This document shows, one piece after another, positions 35,263-45,801 of a stretch of 57,403 bases of DNA. Within the stretch, counting starts at the first letter, position 1. Each line of letters begins with the position of its first letter. Position numbers and translations under genes: made by a program. Location: IMG/VR virus record IMGVR_UViG_3300028590_000018, positions 1 through 57,403 of that record; one strand, 5' to 3'. The notes under the pieces were generated by a model. The model did not search any database. It was not told where the DNA came from and saw only the letters and a list, made by a program, of their open reading frames with translations. The stretch comes from a virus (Duplodnaviria; Caudoviricetes).

Positions 35263-35623
35263 GCTGTCGGACGTCCAGGAGTTCTCGGGCGAAACGTACA
35301 CCGAACCGGAACTCACCCAGGTGAACCGGTTCATCGCGATCGCCCAGGCGAAGATCCGCAACAGAGTCAGCGGGATCGATGACCGCATCTCTGCGGGCAC
35401 GCTCGACGCGGACCTGGTCAAAGGTGTCGGCGCGGAGATCGTGATCCGTGCGCTCGAGAAGATCCGTCGGGGGCTCGGTGTGCGACGCACCGAGTACCCC
35501 GAGATCAGCACCGAGTACGAATCCAGCGACGGCGGGCTCGTCTACATCACCGACGACGATGTCGCTGATCTAGTCGACACCTCCGACAGTGGTGACTGCT
35601 TCACCATCAGGATCGGTCCGTGA
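35243..35623 (+). CDS. Head-to-tail adaptor
   Basis: Synteny; IAIAQAKIR...GGLVYITDDD. Confidence 0.8.
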   Translation: MTSPLFELSDVQEFSGETYTEPELTQVNRFIAIAQAKIRNRVSGIDDRISAGTLDADLVKGVGAEIVIRALEKIRRGLGVRRTEYPEISTEYESSDGGLVYITDDDVADLVDTSDSGDCFTIRIGP

Positions 35624-36015
35624 GACACCTCCCTGAGCGGTGGACGCTGCTGCGGCCCGGAACCCCGGTGTTCGATCCGGTAACCGGTAACCGGATGCCG
35701 ACAACCCCCACAGAGATCCCATGGTGGGGGCTGTTGCAGCAGCGGATCATCACCGACCCGCAGATCGATGAGTTCGAGGACGGGCACGTGTCCTCCCAGC
35801 GGCTCAACCTGCTGCTGGAGCCAGGCCTGCCCGGCGGCACCTCCAGGCGCGATGTCTGGCGGTTCGACGGGCCCGCCTCGGTCTCAGATCTCATCGCGGT
35901 CGGCGACACCGTCACCGTGCAGGGAACGCCCCGCACACGCCGGCCCGCAGTCGGATCCCGACGCCCCGCCTACATCGCCGCCATCGTGCGGCACTCCAGC
36001 GATCTGAAGGAGTGA
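35620..36015 (+). CDS. Head-to-tail stopper/closure protein
   Basis: Synteny; DPVTGN. Confidence 0.75.
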   Translation: MRHLPERWTLLRPGTPVFDPVTGNRMPTTPTEIPWWGLLQQRIITDPQIDEFEDGHVSSQRLNLLLEPGLPGGTSRRDVWRFDGPASVSDLIAVGDTVTVQGTPRTRRPAVGSRRPAYIAAIVRHSSDLKE

Positions 36016-36019
36016 ACCC

Positions 36020-36154
36020 GTGATCAAGTCCTGGACCGACGCCAACGGCGTCACCCACTACGCCGACGAACATTCCAAGGCGTACCGCAACCGCAACGAA
36101 GCCGAACCGGAAGTCAAGGTTCGCCGCGTCGCGAAGGTCGACGAGAAGGCCTGA
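36020..36154 (+). CDS. 44-aa hypothetical protein (not in ORF track)
   Basis: AAGGAG RBS; stop overlaps the next ATG. Confidence 0.65.
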   Translation: MIKSWTDANGVTHYADEHSKAYRNRNEAEPEVKVRRVAKVDEKA

Positions 36155-36498
36155 TGGCCGACAACGTTGTCTCCGGTGGGCGAGCCCGGCTGGAGATATT
36201 CGAGGCGCAAACCTACCGGGAAGCGCGCCACGGATCGACGCCGGGACGGATCGAATTGGCAGAGAAGGCCGCCGCGAAGGCCCGCCAGATCGCGCCGGTC
36301 GTATCCGGTGCCTACCGCGATGGTGTGGCCGTCGAGACAGACGGAGATCAGGTGTTCCTCGTCGACAACGACCCAGACGCCTTCTACAAGGAGTTCGGCA
36401 CCGTCGACACTCCCGCGCACGCCATCCTCTCAGACGCGGCCCGCACGCTGGGTAAGTACAACGACCGCGGCGCGTTCCACGCCAACCTCGGCCTATGA
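36154..36498 (+). CDS. HK97 gp10-like neck protein
   Basis: APVVSGAYR...AFYKEFGT...PAHAILSDAA. Confidence 0.85.
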   Translation: MADNVVSGGRARLEIFEAQTYREARHGSTPGRIELAEKAAAKARQIAPVVSGAYRDGVAVETDGDQVFLVDNDPDAFYKEFGTVDTPAHAILSDAARTLGKYNDRGAFHANLGL

Positions 36499-36941
36499 CC
36501 GCACCGATCCCGTTCGCGCCCGGCGCGGTCCGCCTATTCCTCGTCAACCAGCCAGCGTTCACCGCGCTGGTTCCGGCTGCTTCGGTGTCGACGCGCGATG
36601 CGCCGGACCCGATCACCGGACCGTTCGTGACGATCCGGGCACCCGGAAACGTGGGCGTGGATCCGCTGCTGCGCTCACCGCTGATTCAGATAGATGCGTG
36701 GGTGCCGAAGCTGGAAATCCTCGGCGGCACCAAAGACCCCGAAGAGATCGCCTGGGATATCGCCGCGATGGCGGGTCAATTGCTGGGCAGGGTCAGATCC
36801 CAGGAATTCCGGGGATCGGCATGGAAAGCGCGCTGGACCGATGGCCCCATCACCAGCGTCGACAAAACCCGCGGCGCAGACCAACCCCTGTTCCGCGCCA
36901 CGGTGCGTGTGGAACTGAAAATGCGCGCCGCCCGTACGTAG
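36495..36941 (+). CDS. Tail terminator
   Basis: Synteny; IQIDAW. Confidence 0.8.
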   Translation: MTAPIPFAPGAVRLFLVNQPAFTALVPAASVSTRDAPDPITGPFVTIRAPGNVGVDPLLRSPLIQIDAWVPKLEILGGTKDPEEIAWDIAAMAGQLLGRVRSQEFRGSAWKARWTDGPITSVDKTRGADQPLFRATVRVELKMRAART

Positions 36942-36983
36942 ACACCCCTGCCCACTCGGGCACATCACAGTAATGGAGGCATC

Positions 36984-37796
36984 GTGAGCACTCACGCCGC
37001 ACCCGAAAAGGCGTATGTGTGGCTGGACGGCGACGGTTACCGCGCCCCGAAAGGCACCCTTCTGCCGACCGACCCGTTCGCCGACAACCCTGTCACCGGC
37101 TCCCTGAGCTGGGACGCCTTCGGTGGTATCGAGGCCGGATTCGAACTGACCCCCACCCGCGACGTCTCACCGAAAAAGGTGTGGAACCGTCGTCTGGCCC
37201 CGTACAAGGTGATCAAGTCCCCCACCGAGGAGCGGGTGAAGCTGCGCGCGGTCGACTACTCGATCGCGACCGTCCTCACCGCGCTGCAGGGCGGTTCCAT
37301 CTCCACTGTCACCTCCGGTGTGTACCAGTGGAACCCGGGCGACGACGAGGACTTCGCGGTCCTGCTGGTGCTGCGGGATGAGGACACCTCCCAGGCGTTC
37401 TACAGCCCCGAGGTAACCCTCACCACGCCGCCGCCGCGCACGTTCGGCAAGGAGGAACTCGACGGCTTCGAACTCGAGCTGTTGGCGTTGTCGCCGTTCG
37501 TTCCGCTCACCTCGTGGAACCCGCTGCAGACCAACGCCACTGTCACCATCGGCGGCAGCCCCACCGGCGGCACGTTCACCCTCACCTTCGGCGGCCAGAC
37601 CACCACGGGTATCGCCTACAACGCCGCAGCTTCCGCGGTGCAGTCGGCATTGGTGGCGCTGTCTTCCGTCGGCACCGGCAACGCGACCGTCTCCGGTTCG
37701 GCTGGCGGCCCCTACACCGTTGTCATTCAGGCGCCAGGCACCCTCACCGGTAGCGGTGCGAGCCTGACCCCGTCCGGAACGGTGACCATCTCCTGA
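36984..37796 (+). CDS. Major tail protein with C-terminal accessory domain
   Basis: Synteny; GGTFTLTFGGQTTTGIAYNAAASAVQSALVAL extension. Confidence 0.88.
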   Translation: MSTHAAPEKAYVWLDGDGYRAPKGTLLPTDPFADNPVTGSLSWDAFGGIEAGFELTPTRDVSPKKVWNRRLAPYKVIKSPTEERVKLRAVDYSIATVLTALQGGSISTVTSGVYQWNPGDDEDFAVLLVLRDEDTSQAFYSPEVTLTTPPPRTFGKEELDGFELELLALSPFVPLTSWNPLQTNATVTIGGSPTGGTFTLTFGGQTTTGIAYNAAASAVQSALVALSSVGTGNATVSGSAGGPYTVVIQAPGTLTGSGASLTPSGTVTIS

Positions 37797-38242
37797 TGGC
37801 AGCAGCATCACCGAGGAAGGCAGCCGCGCGGCGCACCACGCCCGCGGCTGCCCGCCGGCCGAAGCTCGCGGCCGTACCGGCACCGGAACCGATCGACCTG
37901 CTCGCCGACTGGGGCACCGAGGAGAAATCGCCGGTACCGATCCGGCTCGGCGCGGTGGAGGCCGACGTCCTGCGGGGGTTCTCCGGCGAGCAGGTGGTGG
38001 CGTTCCACAACCTCGTCGCCGCGACGAAGTTCGACGAGATGCTGGCGCTGATCACCACCGATGGTGAAGGGCTGTGGGAGTTCATCGGAAACCTCACACC
38101 CGACTACGCGTCCAAGGCGCTGAACAGGATCATCAACCTGAGTGAGATCTACTCGGGGGAACTGCTCGCGCCCTTGCCGGGCTTCGGGATGAATCCCGCT
38201 GGGGCGCAGCCTTCGCCAGAGTCCACCACTACCACGGAGTAA
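37796..38242 (+). CDS. Tail assembly chaperone (short form)
   Basis: Between MTP and TMP; slippery GGGGGAA at 38155-38161. Confidence 0.85.
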   Translation: MAAASPRKAAARRTTPAAARRPKLAAVPAPEPIDLLADWGTEEKSPVPIRLGAVEADVLRGFSGEQVVAFHNLVAATKFDEMLALITTDGEGLWEFIGNLTPDYASKALNRIINLSEIYSGELLAPLPGFGMNPAGAQPSPESTTTTE

Positions 38243-38634
38243 ACCTGCGGGTCGCGCTCGCGACCATGCCATACCCGGATGTGGCGGCACTCATCGAGGA
38301 CGCCGAAGCCCGCGACGCCCAGCACGCCAGGGACTCGGAGAACCTAGCGATGCTCGTGGACCGTCAGGACTTCGAGACCCGCTTCGACTACGTCTCCGGC
38401 ACCGCGGACCCCGATGACCCGGAGATCAAAGCCGAACGGGCGCAACGGCTCAAGCACGGCATCAAGGCCCCGCCGATGCCGATCTACGCGCCGGTCGGGT
38501 TGCGGGATCCGAAGATCACCGCCGAGCTGGTCGAACGCTACCGGGAAGCGCAGAAGCCGTATCAGGTTCCCGAGGACAAACCGAAATCCAAGTTCGACCT
38601 GCTGAACAGGTCACGCGCAGAAGCGGGGAGGTGA
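38161..38634 (+). CDS. Tail assembly chaperone, -1 frameshift extension
   Basis: -1 frame is open from the slippery site (TARALAGLRDESRWG...) through MPYPDVAAL to the stop at 38634. Confidence 0.8.
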   Translation, partial: TARALAGLRDESRWGAAFARVHHYHGVNLRVALATMPYPDVAALIEDAEARDAQHARDSENLAMLVDRQDFETRFDYVSGTADPDDPEIKAERAQRLKHGIKAPPMPIYAPVGLRDPKITAELVERYREAQKPYQVPEDKPKSKFDLLNRSRAEAGR

Positions 38635-38638
38635 GTTC

Positions 38639-41600
38639 GTGCCCGGTGGTCGCATAGATATCCTCGTCGCCCCCGACATGCGTAACTTCGTCTCCAGCCT
38701 GCGCACGGGTCTGTCTCCGGCGGTCGGAGCCGCGGGCGCTATCGGTGCGTCCATGGGGTTGGCACTCGGCGGCGCGGCGGCGTTCAAAGAGGTCATCGAC
38801 ATCGGCAACGAGTTCACCACCTCGTTGAACACGTTGAAGGCGGTTGCTGGTGCGACCGCCGATCAGATGGCGAAGGTATCGGAGAAGGCCAAGCAGCTCG
38901 GCAACGACGTCACCCTCCCGGGCACATCCGCGAATGATGCCGCCGCCGCTATGGCTGAACTCGCCAAGGGCGGCTTCAGCGTCCAGCAGTCCATGGACGC
39001 CGCTAAGGGATCCCTGCAGTTGGCCGCGGCGGCGCAGATCGACGCCGCACAGGCCGCGACTATCCAATCGCAGGCGCTGCAGGCGTTCGGTCTAGGCGCA
39101 TCCGAAGCGGCGCGTGTCGCTGACGTTCTGGCGAACACAGCGAACGCGTCCTCGGCGGAGATCACCGATGTCGCTTACGGTCTACAGTCCGGCGCGGCGG
39201 TCGCCCACCAGTTCGGGCTGACCGTTGAGGACACCGCAACCGCGCTCGGCCTGTTCGCCAACTCCGGTATCAAGGGATCCGACGCGGGCACCCTGCTGAA
39301 GTCGGCACTGTTGGCGTTGACTGATCAGGGTAAGCCTGCGCAGGCGGCGATCAAGGATCTCGGTCTCACCGTCTACGACTCACAGGGCAAGTTCACCGGG
39401 TTACGGAATCTGTTCGCGCAGTTGGAAACCGCCGCGCACAAGATGACGCCGGAAATGTATCAGGCCGCCACATCCACCCTGTTCGGGTCCGACGCGATGC
39501 GTTTGGCGTCGGTCGCCGCCGAGAAGGGCGCGGCCGGGTTCGACCAAATGCATGATGCCATGTCCAAGCAAGGTTCTGCTGCTGAGGTCGCCGCGGCGAA
39601 GATGCAGGGCCTGCCCGGCGCGATGCAGACAGTGCAGAACGCCGCCGAAAACCTCGCCCTCGAGGTGTACGACCTTGTCAAAGGTCCGCTCGAGCAGTTC
39701 GCGAAAGGCGCGGCCAGCAGTATCGGCGACACCACGCCCAAGATCGTGAGCGCGTTCCACGGCGCCGCGGACGCCGCCGTCACCGCGGGCCGCGCGATCG
39801 CCCCACTCGCCAAAGCCGTCGCCAACCTCCCGACGCCGATCCTCGCCGCCACGGCTGCGTTGGTGTTGATGCGCGGCACGGCACTCGGAGCGGCGTTGAC
39901 CACCGCTGCTACAGCTACCACCGGCGCGTTGACCAGGGTCGCTACAGCCGCTGTCGCAGTCGCGACCGCGCAGGGCCGCGTGGCGCAGGTCGCCGGTGTT
40001 GGCGCGGTCGGATTGGGCCGGTTCGGGTCGGCGGTCAGCCAACTGGGCACATCGTTGCCCGTCGTCGGCCGCATGCAACAAAGCTTCCTCGACGCCTCAA
40101 CGGCCGCCACCCGGTTCGGTCGAACCCAGGGCACGCTCGCCGCTGGGATGACGGGGCTGCGCGCCGCCGCCACCGGCGCGGGGACAGCGCTGAACGGCGC
40201 TATCGGCGCTATCGGCGGGCCGTGGGTGCTGGGCATCGCGGCAGCGACGGTCGCGGTCGTCGGTATCATCTCCGAACTGCGCAAGGCCGCAGCCCAGCAA
40301 GAGTTGCTGCGCAGCACCACCCGGCAGTTGGCGATCGAACAGCGTGAACTGGGTAAGGCGTTCCAGGAGTCCCGCGGCGCGGTCGACAGCAACGTCATGT
40401 CGAACCTGACCACCCAATACCAGCAGGTCCTCGACGCTAACGCCAAGCTCAAGGAATCCGCACCGGGTGCGTTCTCGGTGTTCACTGGTGGTTGGCAGGA
40501 CATCAAGGGCTGGTTCCATGGTGTCGCCGAAGCTGGCACCGATGCGGTGCGCGCGCAGGAAGCCGCCGCCGACCGCGGCAAAGCTGTCGTCGACAGCTTC
40601 AACGAACTCGGCCTGTCCGTGCAAGAACTTGCCCGCGAGACCAGCGGCACCGACGCCCAGTTCCAGCAGCTCGTCGACCGGCTGCACAACACCAGCAACG
40701 GCGGCCAAGAAGCCATCGCCGCGGCGAAGCAGATGCGCGATGAATTCCTGCGGTTGCGGCAAGTAGCCAAGGATTCCACCGACGGGTTCTTCGACCTCAC
40801 CGACGCGGTGAGGGTCCTGTCCAGCGAATCAGCGTCGGCCGCGGACCGTATCGACGCGATGAAACGCGCCCTCGACGTGCTCAGCGGTAAACCGATCGCG
40901 TTGCAGGAAGCGATGACGAAGTACAACGTCACCGTTCGAGACACCGCGAAAGCCACCGCCGAAGCGTGGGACGCCTCCCAAGGGTTCGGTGCCGCACTCA
41001 TCGGCGCCGGCGGGCAGGTCGATACAGCCACCGAGAACGGTAAACGGCTCTACGACCAGCTGACCCAGATCCGGGATGCCACCATCACCGCCGCCGAAGC
41101 AGGCGCGGACATGGGCCCGGTCCTGTCGCAGAACGAGTTGCAGTTCTCGCAGCTGGCCAACGCCGCCGGGCTGACCACTGACCAGGTCACCCAGATGGCC
41201 ACCCAACTCGGCTACCTGCCCAAGGACATTCAGATCCTCGCGCAGTTGAAGGGCGCCGACGGTGTGGAGCAGCAGCTCGTCGTCATCGAAGGGTTGCTGC
41301 GCAACAACGCTGAGGGTGTCACCATCCCCACCGACGCGTTGACTGCGGACACCAAAGCCAAGCTGACTGAACTCGGTGTGAAGGTCGAGGACGTCAACGG
41401 CAAACCCGGTGTCGTCAAGGTGTCCGCCCCGGATCTGCCTGCGGTGATGGGCAAGCTCGATGAGCTGATCGCGAAGAGCCTGCCGGACAAGACGCAGATC
41501 GTGAAGCTCGAATACGACCTGTCCGGCTACCACCTGCCCGAGTCCACGCGGGAGCGGTTGCACGAGAACGTCGACGACATCCCGATCGCGCCCCGCGCCG

Positions 41601-43213
41601 AGGGCGGTATCGACGGTGCTCTGCCGGGGCAGGCGACGATCCAAGCGCCGCGCCCGGGTTTGATCCAGTGGGCCGAACCGGAGACCGGCGGGGAAGCGTT
41701 CATTCCTCTCGCGCCCGCGAAACGGTCCCGGTCGGTGGACATTCTGTCCACTGTCGCAGGGCATTTCGGGTTCGGTCTGACGAAGATGGCCGACGGCGGT
41801 ATCGCTGTCACTCGTGCTATGGATTTCCTGCGCGGCCAGTCCGGCAAGCCCTACCAGTACGGCGGAGTCGGTAACCCGTCCTGGGACTGCTCGGGGTTCA
41901 TCTCCGCCGCCTACGCCCTGCTGAAGGGGTTGAGCCCGTTCACCCGCTGGTTCACCACCGAGAGCGACTTCGCCAGCCTCGGATTCCGCTCCGGACTCGA
42001 CCCGACCGGGCGCGGACTCTCGGTAGGCATCTACCGCGGCGGCGGCGGCCAGTACAGCCACATGGCGGGATCCCTCGCTGGCACACCGCTGGAGTCAGGG
42101 TCTAACGGTGTCCGTGTTGGAACCGGTGCACAGGCCGCGTCCAGCGGCAACCTGCCGTTGAAGTTCTACCTGTCCAGCTCTGAGTTCAACCCTCCCGGTA
42201 GCTCTGCGGGTGGTAGTTCGCGGTCGCGGTCGCGCACCAAAACTACTGAGTGGGATGCCTCTAACGATCTCGAACTGGAGTCGGCGCGGATCAGCCTGAA
42301 CAAGGCCAAGTCTCAGCGTGACGAGGACCTGAAGGACCCGAAGAAATCCGCCGACGACAAACGGCAAGCCCAGATCGACGTGCAGCGCGCCGAGCTTCGG
42401 GTGCAGGAGTTGGAGCAGAAGAAGGAACAAGCCGCCACCAGCGGCGGACCTGTCCCCGAAGCTCCACCGCTGACAGGGGATCTGACCGATGACCAGATCC
42501 GGTTGGAGGAACTGCAGCTCGCCCTGAACAACGCCAAAGCCGACCGCGACGACACCTGGGCCGACCCCGAAGCCACCGACGACGATCGCCGCGGCGCGGA
42601 CCTGGATCTGCAGAAGGCGATCAACGCGTTGGCCGCCGAGCAGAAGAAGCAACGCGAAGGCACCTCATCCAGCGACGGCTCTAGCAGCACCAGCAGTGTC
42701 GTGGACCTGTTCGGCGACGCCGCGAAAGCGTTCGTCACCGGGCAACTGTCCGACGCCCTCAACGTCATCGGTTTGGGTGGCGACATTCAAGGTGTCACCG
42801 GCGCCGCTATCGGGATCGCCGCGGATCAGGCGAAGAAGCAGCAAAAGCAGACCGCCCCTGTTATCGGTGCCGACGATCTGGCCAAGCAGGGCCCGGTCGT
42901 ACCCGGTACCCCGAATTGGCTCGAGGAGATGATGAAAACCCTGCGCATCCCGGCCGTCATCCGAGACGAGGGCGGACCGCTGCCTAACAACATGGCCGCA
43001 ATCAACACATCCGGCGAAACCGAATGGGTCCTCAACGGAAGCCAATTGCGGGCCGCGGCAACCTCTCGGCCGTCCACTGCTCCGAACATCGACGCCAGCG
43101 TGCGCATCGACAACCTGCACACCGGTATGAGCGCGGGTGAGTTCCATCGTGAATGGAAGATGCTGCAGATCGATCAGCGCAACCGCGCCCGAGCGTTCAC
43201 CCCGCGCACATGA
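38639..43213 (+). CDS. Tape measure protein with NlpC/P60-like domain
   Basis: 1524 aa, Ala-rich; GIKGSDAGTLLK; WAEPETGGEAFIP; GKPYQYGG...WDCSG...HMAG. Confidence 0.95.
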   Translation: MPGGRIDILVAPDMRNFVSSLRTGLSPAVGAAGAIGASMGLALGGAAAFKEVIDIGNEFTTSLNTLKAVAGATADQMAKVSEKAKQLGNDVTLPGTSANDAAAAMAELAKGGFSVQQSMDAAKGSLQLAAAAQIDAAQAATIQSQALQAFGLGASEAARVADVLANTANASSAEITDVAYGLQSGAAVAHQFGLTVEDTATALGLFANSGIKGSDAGTLLKSALLALTDQGKPAQAAIKDLGLTVYDSQGKFTGLRNLFAQLETAAHKMTPEMYQAATSTLFGSDAMRLASVAAEKGAAGFDQMHDAMSKQGSAAEVAAAKMQGLPGAMQTVQNAAENLALEVYDLVKGPLEQFAKGAASSIGDTTPKIVSAFHGAADAAVTAGRAIAPLAKAVANLPTPILAATAALVLMRGTALGAALTTAATATTGALTRVATAAVAVATAQGRVAQVAGVGAVGLGRFGSAVSQLGTSLPVVGRMQQSFLDASTAATRFGRTQGTLAAGMTGLRAAATGAGTALNGAIGAIGGPWVLGIAAATVAVVGIISELRKAAAQQELLRSTTRQLAIEQRELGKAFQESRGAVDSNVMSNLTTQYQQVLDANAKLKESAPGAFSVFTGGWQDIKGWFHGVAEAGTDAVRAQEAAADRGKAVVDSFNELGLSVQELARETSGTDAQFQQLVDRLHNTSNGGQEAIAAAKQMRDEFLRLRQVAKDSTDGFFDLTDAVRVLSSESASAADRIDAMKRALDVLSGKPIALQEAMTKYNVTVRDTAKATAEAWDASQGFGAALIGAGGQVDTATENGKRLYDQLTQIRDATITAAEAGADMGPVLSQNELQFSQLANAAGLTTDQVTQMATQLGYLPKDIQILAQLKGADGVEQQLVVIEGLLRNNAEGVTIPTDALTADTKAKLTELGVKVEDVNGKPGVVKVSAPDLPAVMGKLDELIAKSLPDKTQIVKLEYDLSGYHLPESTRERLHENVDDIPIAPRAEGGIDGALPGQATIQAPRPGLIQWAEPETGGEAFIPLAPAKRSRSVDILSTVAGHFGFGLTKMADGGIAVTRAMDFLRGQSGKPYQYGGVGNPSWDCSGFISAAYALLKGLSPFTRWFTTESDFASLGFRSGLDPTGRGLSVGIYRGGGGQYSHMAGSLAGTPLESGSNGVRVGTGAQAASSGNLPLKFYLSSSEFNPPGSSAGGSSRSRSRTKTTEWDASNDLELESARISLNKAKSQRDEDLKDPKKSADDKRQAQIDVQRAELRVQELEQKKEQAATSGGPVPEAPPLTGDLTDDQIRLEELQLALNNAKADRDDTWADPEATDDDRRGADLDLQKAINALAAEQKKQREGTSSSDGSSSTSSVVDLFGDAAKAFVTGQLSDALNVIGLGGDIQGVTGAAIGIAADQAKKQQKQTAPVIGADDLAKQGPVVPGTPNWLEEMMKTLRIPAVIRDEGGPLPNNMAAINTSGETEWVLNGSQLRAAATSRPSTAPNIDASVRIDNLHTGMSAGEFHREWKMLQIDQRNRARAFTPRT

Positions 43214-44148
43214 TCGATCCCCTCAACGAGGTCACGATCGAACTCGAGGGATGCGACGGCGAATGGTGGCCGCTGGCCGGTGAAGGGCAATGGGACCGCG
43301 GTGTGTGCCTCGCTGACGAGGAAGAAGGCACCGACTGGGACGGCGCCTACGATCCGCCGTTCACCGCGATCTACAACAGCACAGCCTTCCAGGTCGGTGC
43401 CACCTACGGCGGGTATCGGGAAGAGAAGTACGACTTCATCCTCGCCGTACACATACTTGGCACCAAGACCATGCCGTGGCGGTACGTGGATTCGGCGTTC
43501 CGCAAATCCCTGTCGGTGAAGCGGGACGCGAAACTGTGGGCCACCACCGTTGATTCACGGCGGCATCTCCCGGTCCGGTTGGGTGGTAAGCCGAAACTGA
43601 AGGCGCTCAACGACCCGAACAGCGAACAGTACGGGCTGCTACTGCTGCCCCTGGTCGGTGCGTACCCGCGGTGGATCGAGGAACCGCACAAAGAGGTCTT
43701 CGTCTGCCAGACCGACACCACCGGCGGCGGAACCGAAACCGGGTACGTCACCGTCTCCAACCCGCTGCCAGAAGACTATGAGATCTGGATTCAGTGGGAG
43801 ATCCAAGCCTCTCATGCCGGCATGGTCGTTACCTTGCCGGACTTCTCGTGGGGCAACGACGAATTCGAACGCGCCGAGGAAGACGCCCTACGCAAAGTCG
43901 AGTTGGCGCCGCTGCTGCTCAACGAGCACCTGAAGATCGACACCGACAAGATGGCGCGCGACGGGCAGTTCAACTCCAGCTTGGATACCGAGTTCTATCA
44001 GCGGATGGGCGGGCGTCGCTTCGCCTACCACGTGCCCGGCAACACCCCACCCACTCTCGTTCCGATCACCGTCACCGGCGCGCCCGCCGGTACGGGGATT
44101 CGTGTCGTCTGTCCACGGCCTTGGCCTCGACCCTGGGGACTGGAATGA
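43210..44148 (+). CDS. Distal tail protein (Dit-like)
   Basis: Follows TMP; ends RPWPRPWGLE. Confidence 0.85.
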   Translation: MIDPLNEVTIELEGCDGEWWPLAGEGQWDRGVCLADEEEGTDWDGAYDPPFTAIYNSTAFQVGATYGGYREEKYDFILAVHILGTKTMPWRYVDSAFRKSLSVKRDAKLWATTVDSRRHLPVRLGGKPKLKALNDPNSEQYGLLLLPLVGAYPRWIEEPHKEVFVCQTDTTGGGTETGYVTVSNPLPEDYEIWIQWEIQASHAGMVVTLPDFSWGNDEFERAEEDALRKVELAPLLLNEHLKIDTDKMARDGQFNSSLDTEFYQRMGGRRFAYHVPGNTPPTLVPITVTGAPAGTGIRVVCPRPWPRPWGLE

Positions 44149-45794
44149 CAACTGTCGAAACGATCGACTTCGACCAAGTATTCGGTGAGATCGCCGAACG
44201 TCTCAAGAAGGACTACGACCGCCGAATACTCCCGCCGCTGGTGCGGATCTGGGATGGAGACTGGAACCTCGTCGGCGAAGTCCACAACGAGATCTCCGCG
44301 AAGTTCACCCTCCCGGAGAACGAAACCGGCGTCGGCACAATCGAACTGCCCGCGCGCTACTACCTGTCGCGGTGGCTAACCGACCACGACGCCCGCTCTA
44401 CGGCCAACGTGTTCATCACCGCCGACAAGGACGGCGCGCGTTGGGGCGGGATGCTCGATGACCTCGAAGGCTTCAAGGACGACACCGGCAACCGGGTAGT
44501 CCGGGCGATCTTCAAGAGCGATTATGAGCACCTCAAGCACATCATCGCCTACTCGAACCCGTTCCTGCCGCCGGAGATTCAGTTCCCCAGGCTGTGGATC
44601 CTGTTCGGGCCCGCGAAGTGGTGCCTCAAGCTCACGCTGTTCCTGAACATCCTGCGTCTTGAGGCGAACCTGTGGACGCTGCCCGACGACCCGATGGATG
44701 CCAGTCAGTGGTTCAACCTGGATCAGTCCACCTGGTCTCAGGTTGTCGCGCCGCTGGCTATCGAGAACGACAACAGCGTCTTCGCGATCGTCCACTCCCG
44801 CTTCAAATACATCCACGATGTCAGCAAGCGCATCGTCGCCGACGGCCAGCTGACGTGGGAGCCGCGACGCTACCTCGAAGGCGACCCACTGCCGGAGGGG
44901 TTCACCGCCCTGCGGCCCGGAACGATCGTCTGGGACCTCGTCGACAACTCCGGTTGGGATACCGAAACCTCGTTCGGCGGCAACATTTTCACCGGGTTGA
45001 TTCGCGCGTTCACCACCATCGCCAGCGATGGGATAACGCAGGGGATCGACATCATCGACGACCCCACGTTCCCGCCTGAGTACTCGATCCCCGGATACAA
45101 GGGCACCAACCCGCGGGCGCCGGGCATTATCCTGCGCGACGGTGACCGAACCGGTGTGCAGTCCAACAGCTTCCACTGGAAACCAGCGACTGACACCGAG
45201 TTCGTGACTGGTGGGCACAGCATGCCGGGGGTCAACGAGTTGATCTCGGCGACGATCAACATGGTCGGCGATCTCATCGCTATGGCACTGTTCATCCCGC
45301 CGGTGGGCGGCATGGCCGATGCGTTGCTCAAACCCCTGTATACCGACGTGTTCCTGGCGTTCATGAAGTGGCAGGACATCGGGCGAGCCCAGAGACTCGG
45401 CTGGTCGCACTACCAAGAAACGTGGTGTGAGGGCGCGGACCGCGCCTACACCTTGTCCGCCCTTATCGCCCTACGTGCCGGTATGTGGAGGACGAGGGAG
45501 CAAACCACCCACTCGGTCACCGTCGCCGACGGAGTAGAGAACCTGCGCATCGGGCAGCGCGGACACGGAAACGCTTGGCTCGGAACCCGTATCGGCACCA
45601 CCGTCCAAGAGTGGGGGCCGCCCGGGAAGGTCTACGTCGACCGCATCACCGAGCTGACCCTGTGGTGGGACCGCAAGACGACCCCGCATTGGGACATCGT
45701 CGTCGGCCACCGCGAACCCGAAGACCCAGTTCAGAAGGCCTTGGAGATGCTTCAAGACGTGATGAGCATCGCCCGAGACCTCGGCGTGCTCTAG
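44145..45794 (+). CDS. Minor tail / baseplate hub protein
   Basis: PPLVRIWDGDW, NPFLPPEIQFPR, GGHSMPGVNE. Confidence 0.9.
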   Translation: MTTVETIDFDQVFGEIAERLKKDYDRRILPPLVRIWDGDWNLVGEVHNEISAKFTLPENETGVGTIELPARYYLSRWLTDHDARSTANVFITADKDGARWGGMLDDLEGFKDDTGNRVVRAIFKSDYEHLKHIIAYSNPFLPPEIQFPRLWILFGPAKWCLKLTLFLNILRLEANLWTLPDDPMDASQWFNLDQSTWSQVVAPLAIENDNSVFAIVHSRFKYIHDVSKRIVADGQLTWEPRRYLEGDPLPEGFTALRPGTIVWDLVDNSGWDTETSFGGNIFTGLIRAFTTIASDGITQGIDIIDDPTFPPEYSIPGYKGTNPRAPGIILRDGDRTGVQSNSFHWKPATDTEFVTGGHSMPGVNELISATINMVGDLIAMALFIPPVGGMADALLKPLYTDVFLAFMKWQDIGRAQRLGWSHYQETWCEGADRAYTLSALIALRAGMWRTREQTTHSVTVADGVENLRIGQRGHGNAWLGTRIGTTVQEWGPPGKVYVDRITELTLWWDRKTTPHWDIVVGHREPEDPVQKALEMLQDVMSIARDLGVL

Positions 45795-45801
45795 GAGGAT
45801 T

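Noticed and set aside
39460-42061. Long minus-strand ORFs (523 aa, 410 aa) and similar antisense ORFs across the structural region
   Set aside because: Shadow frames of GC-rich coding sequence, with no RBS or motifs
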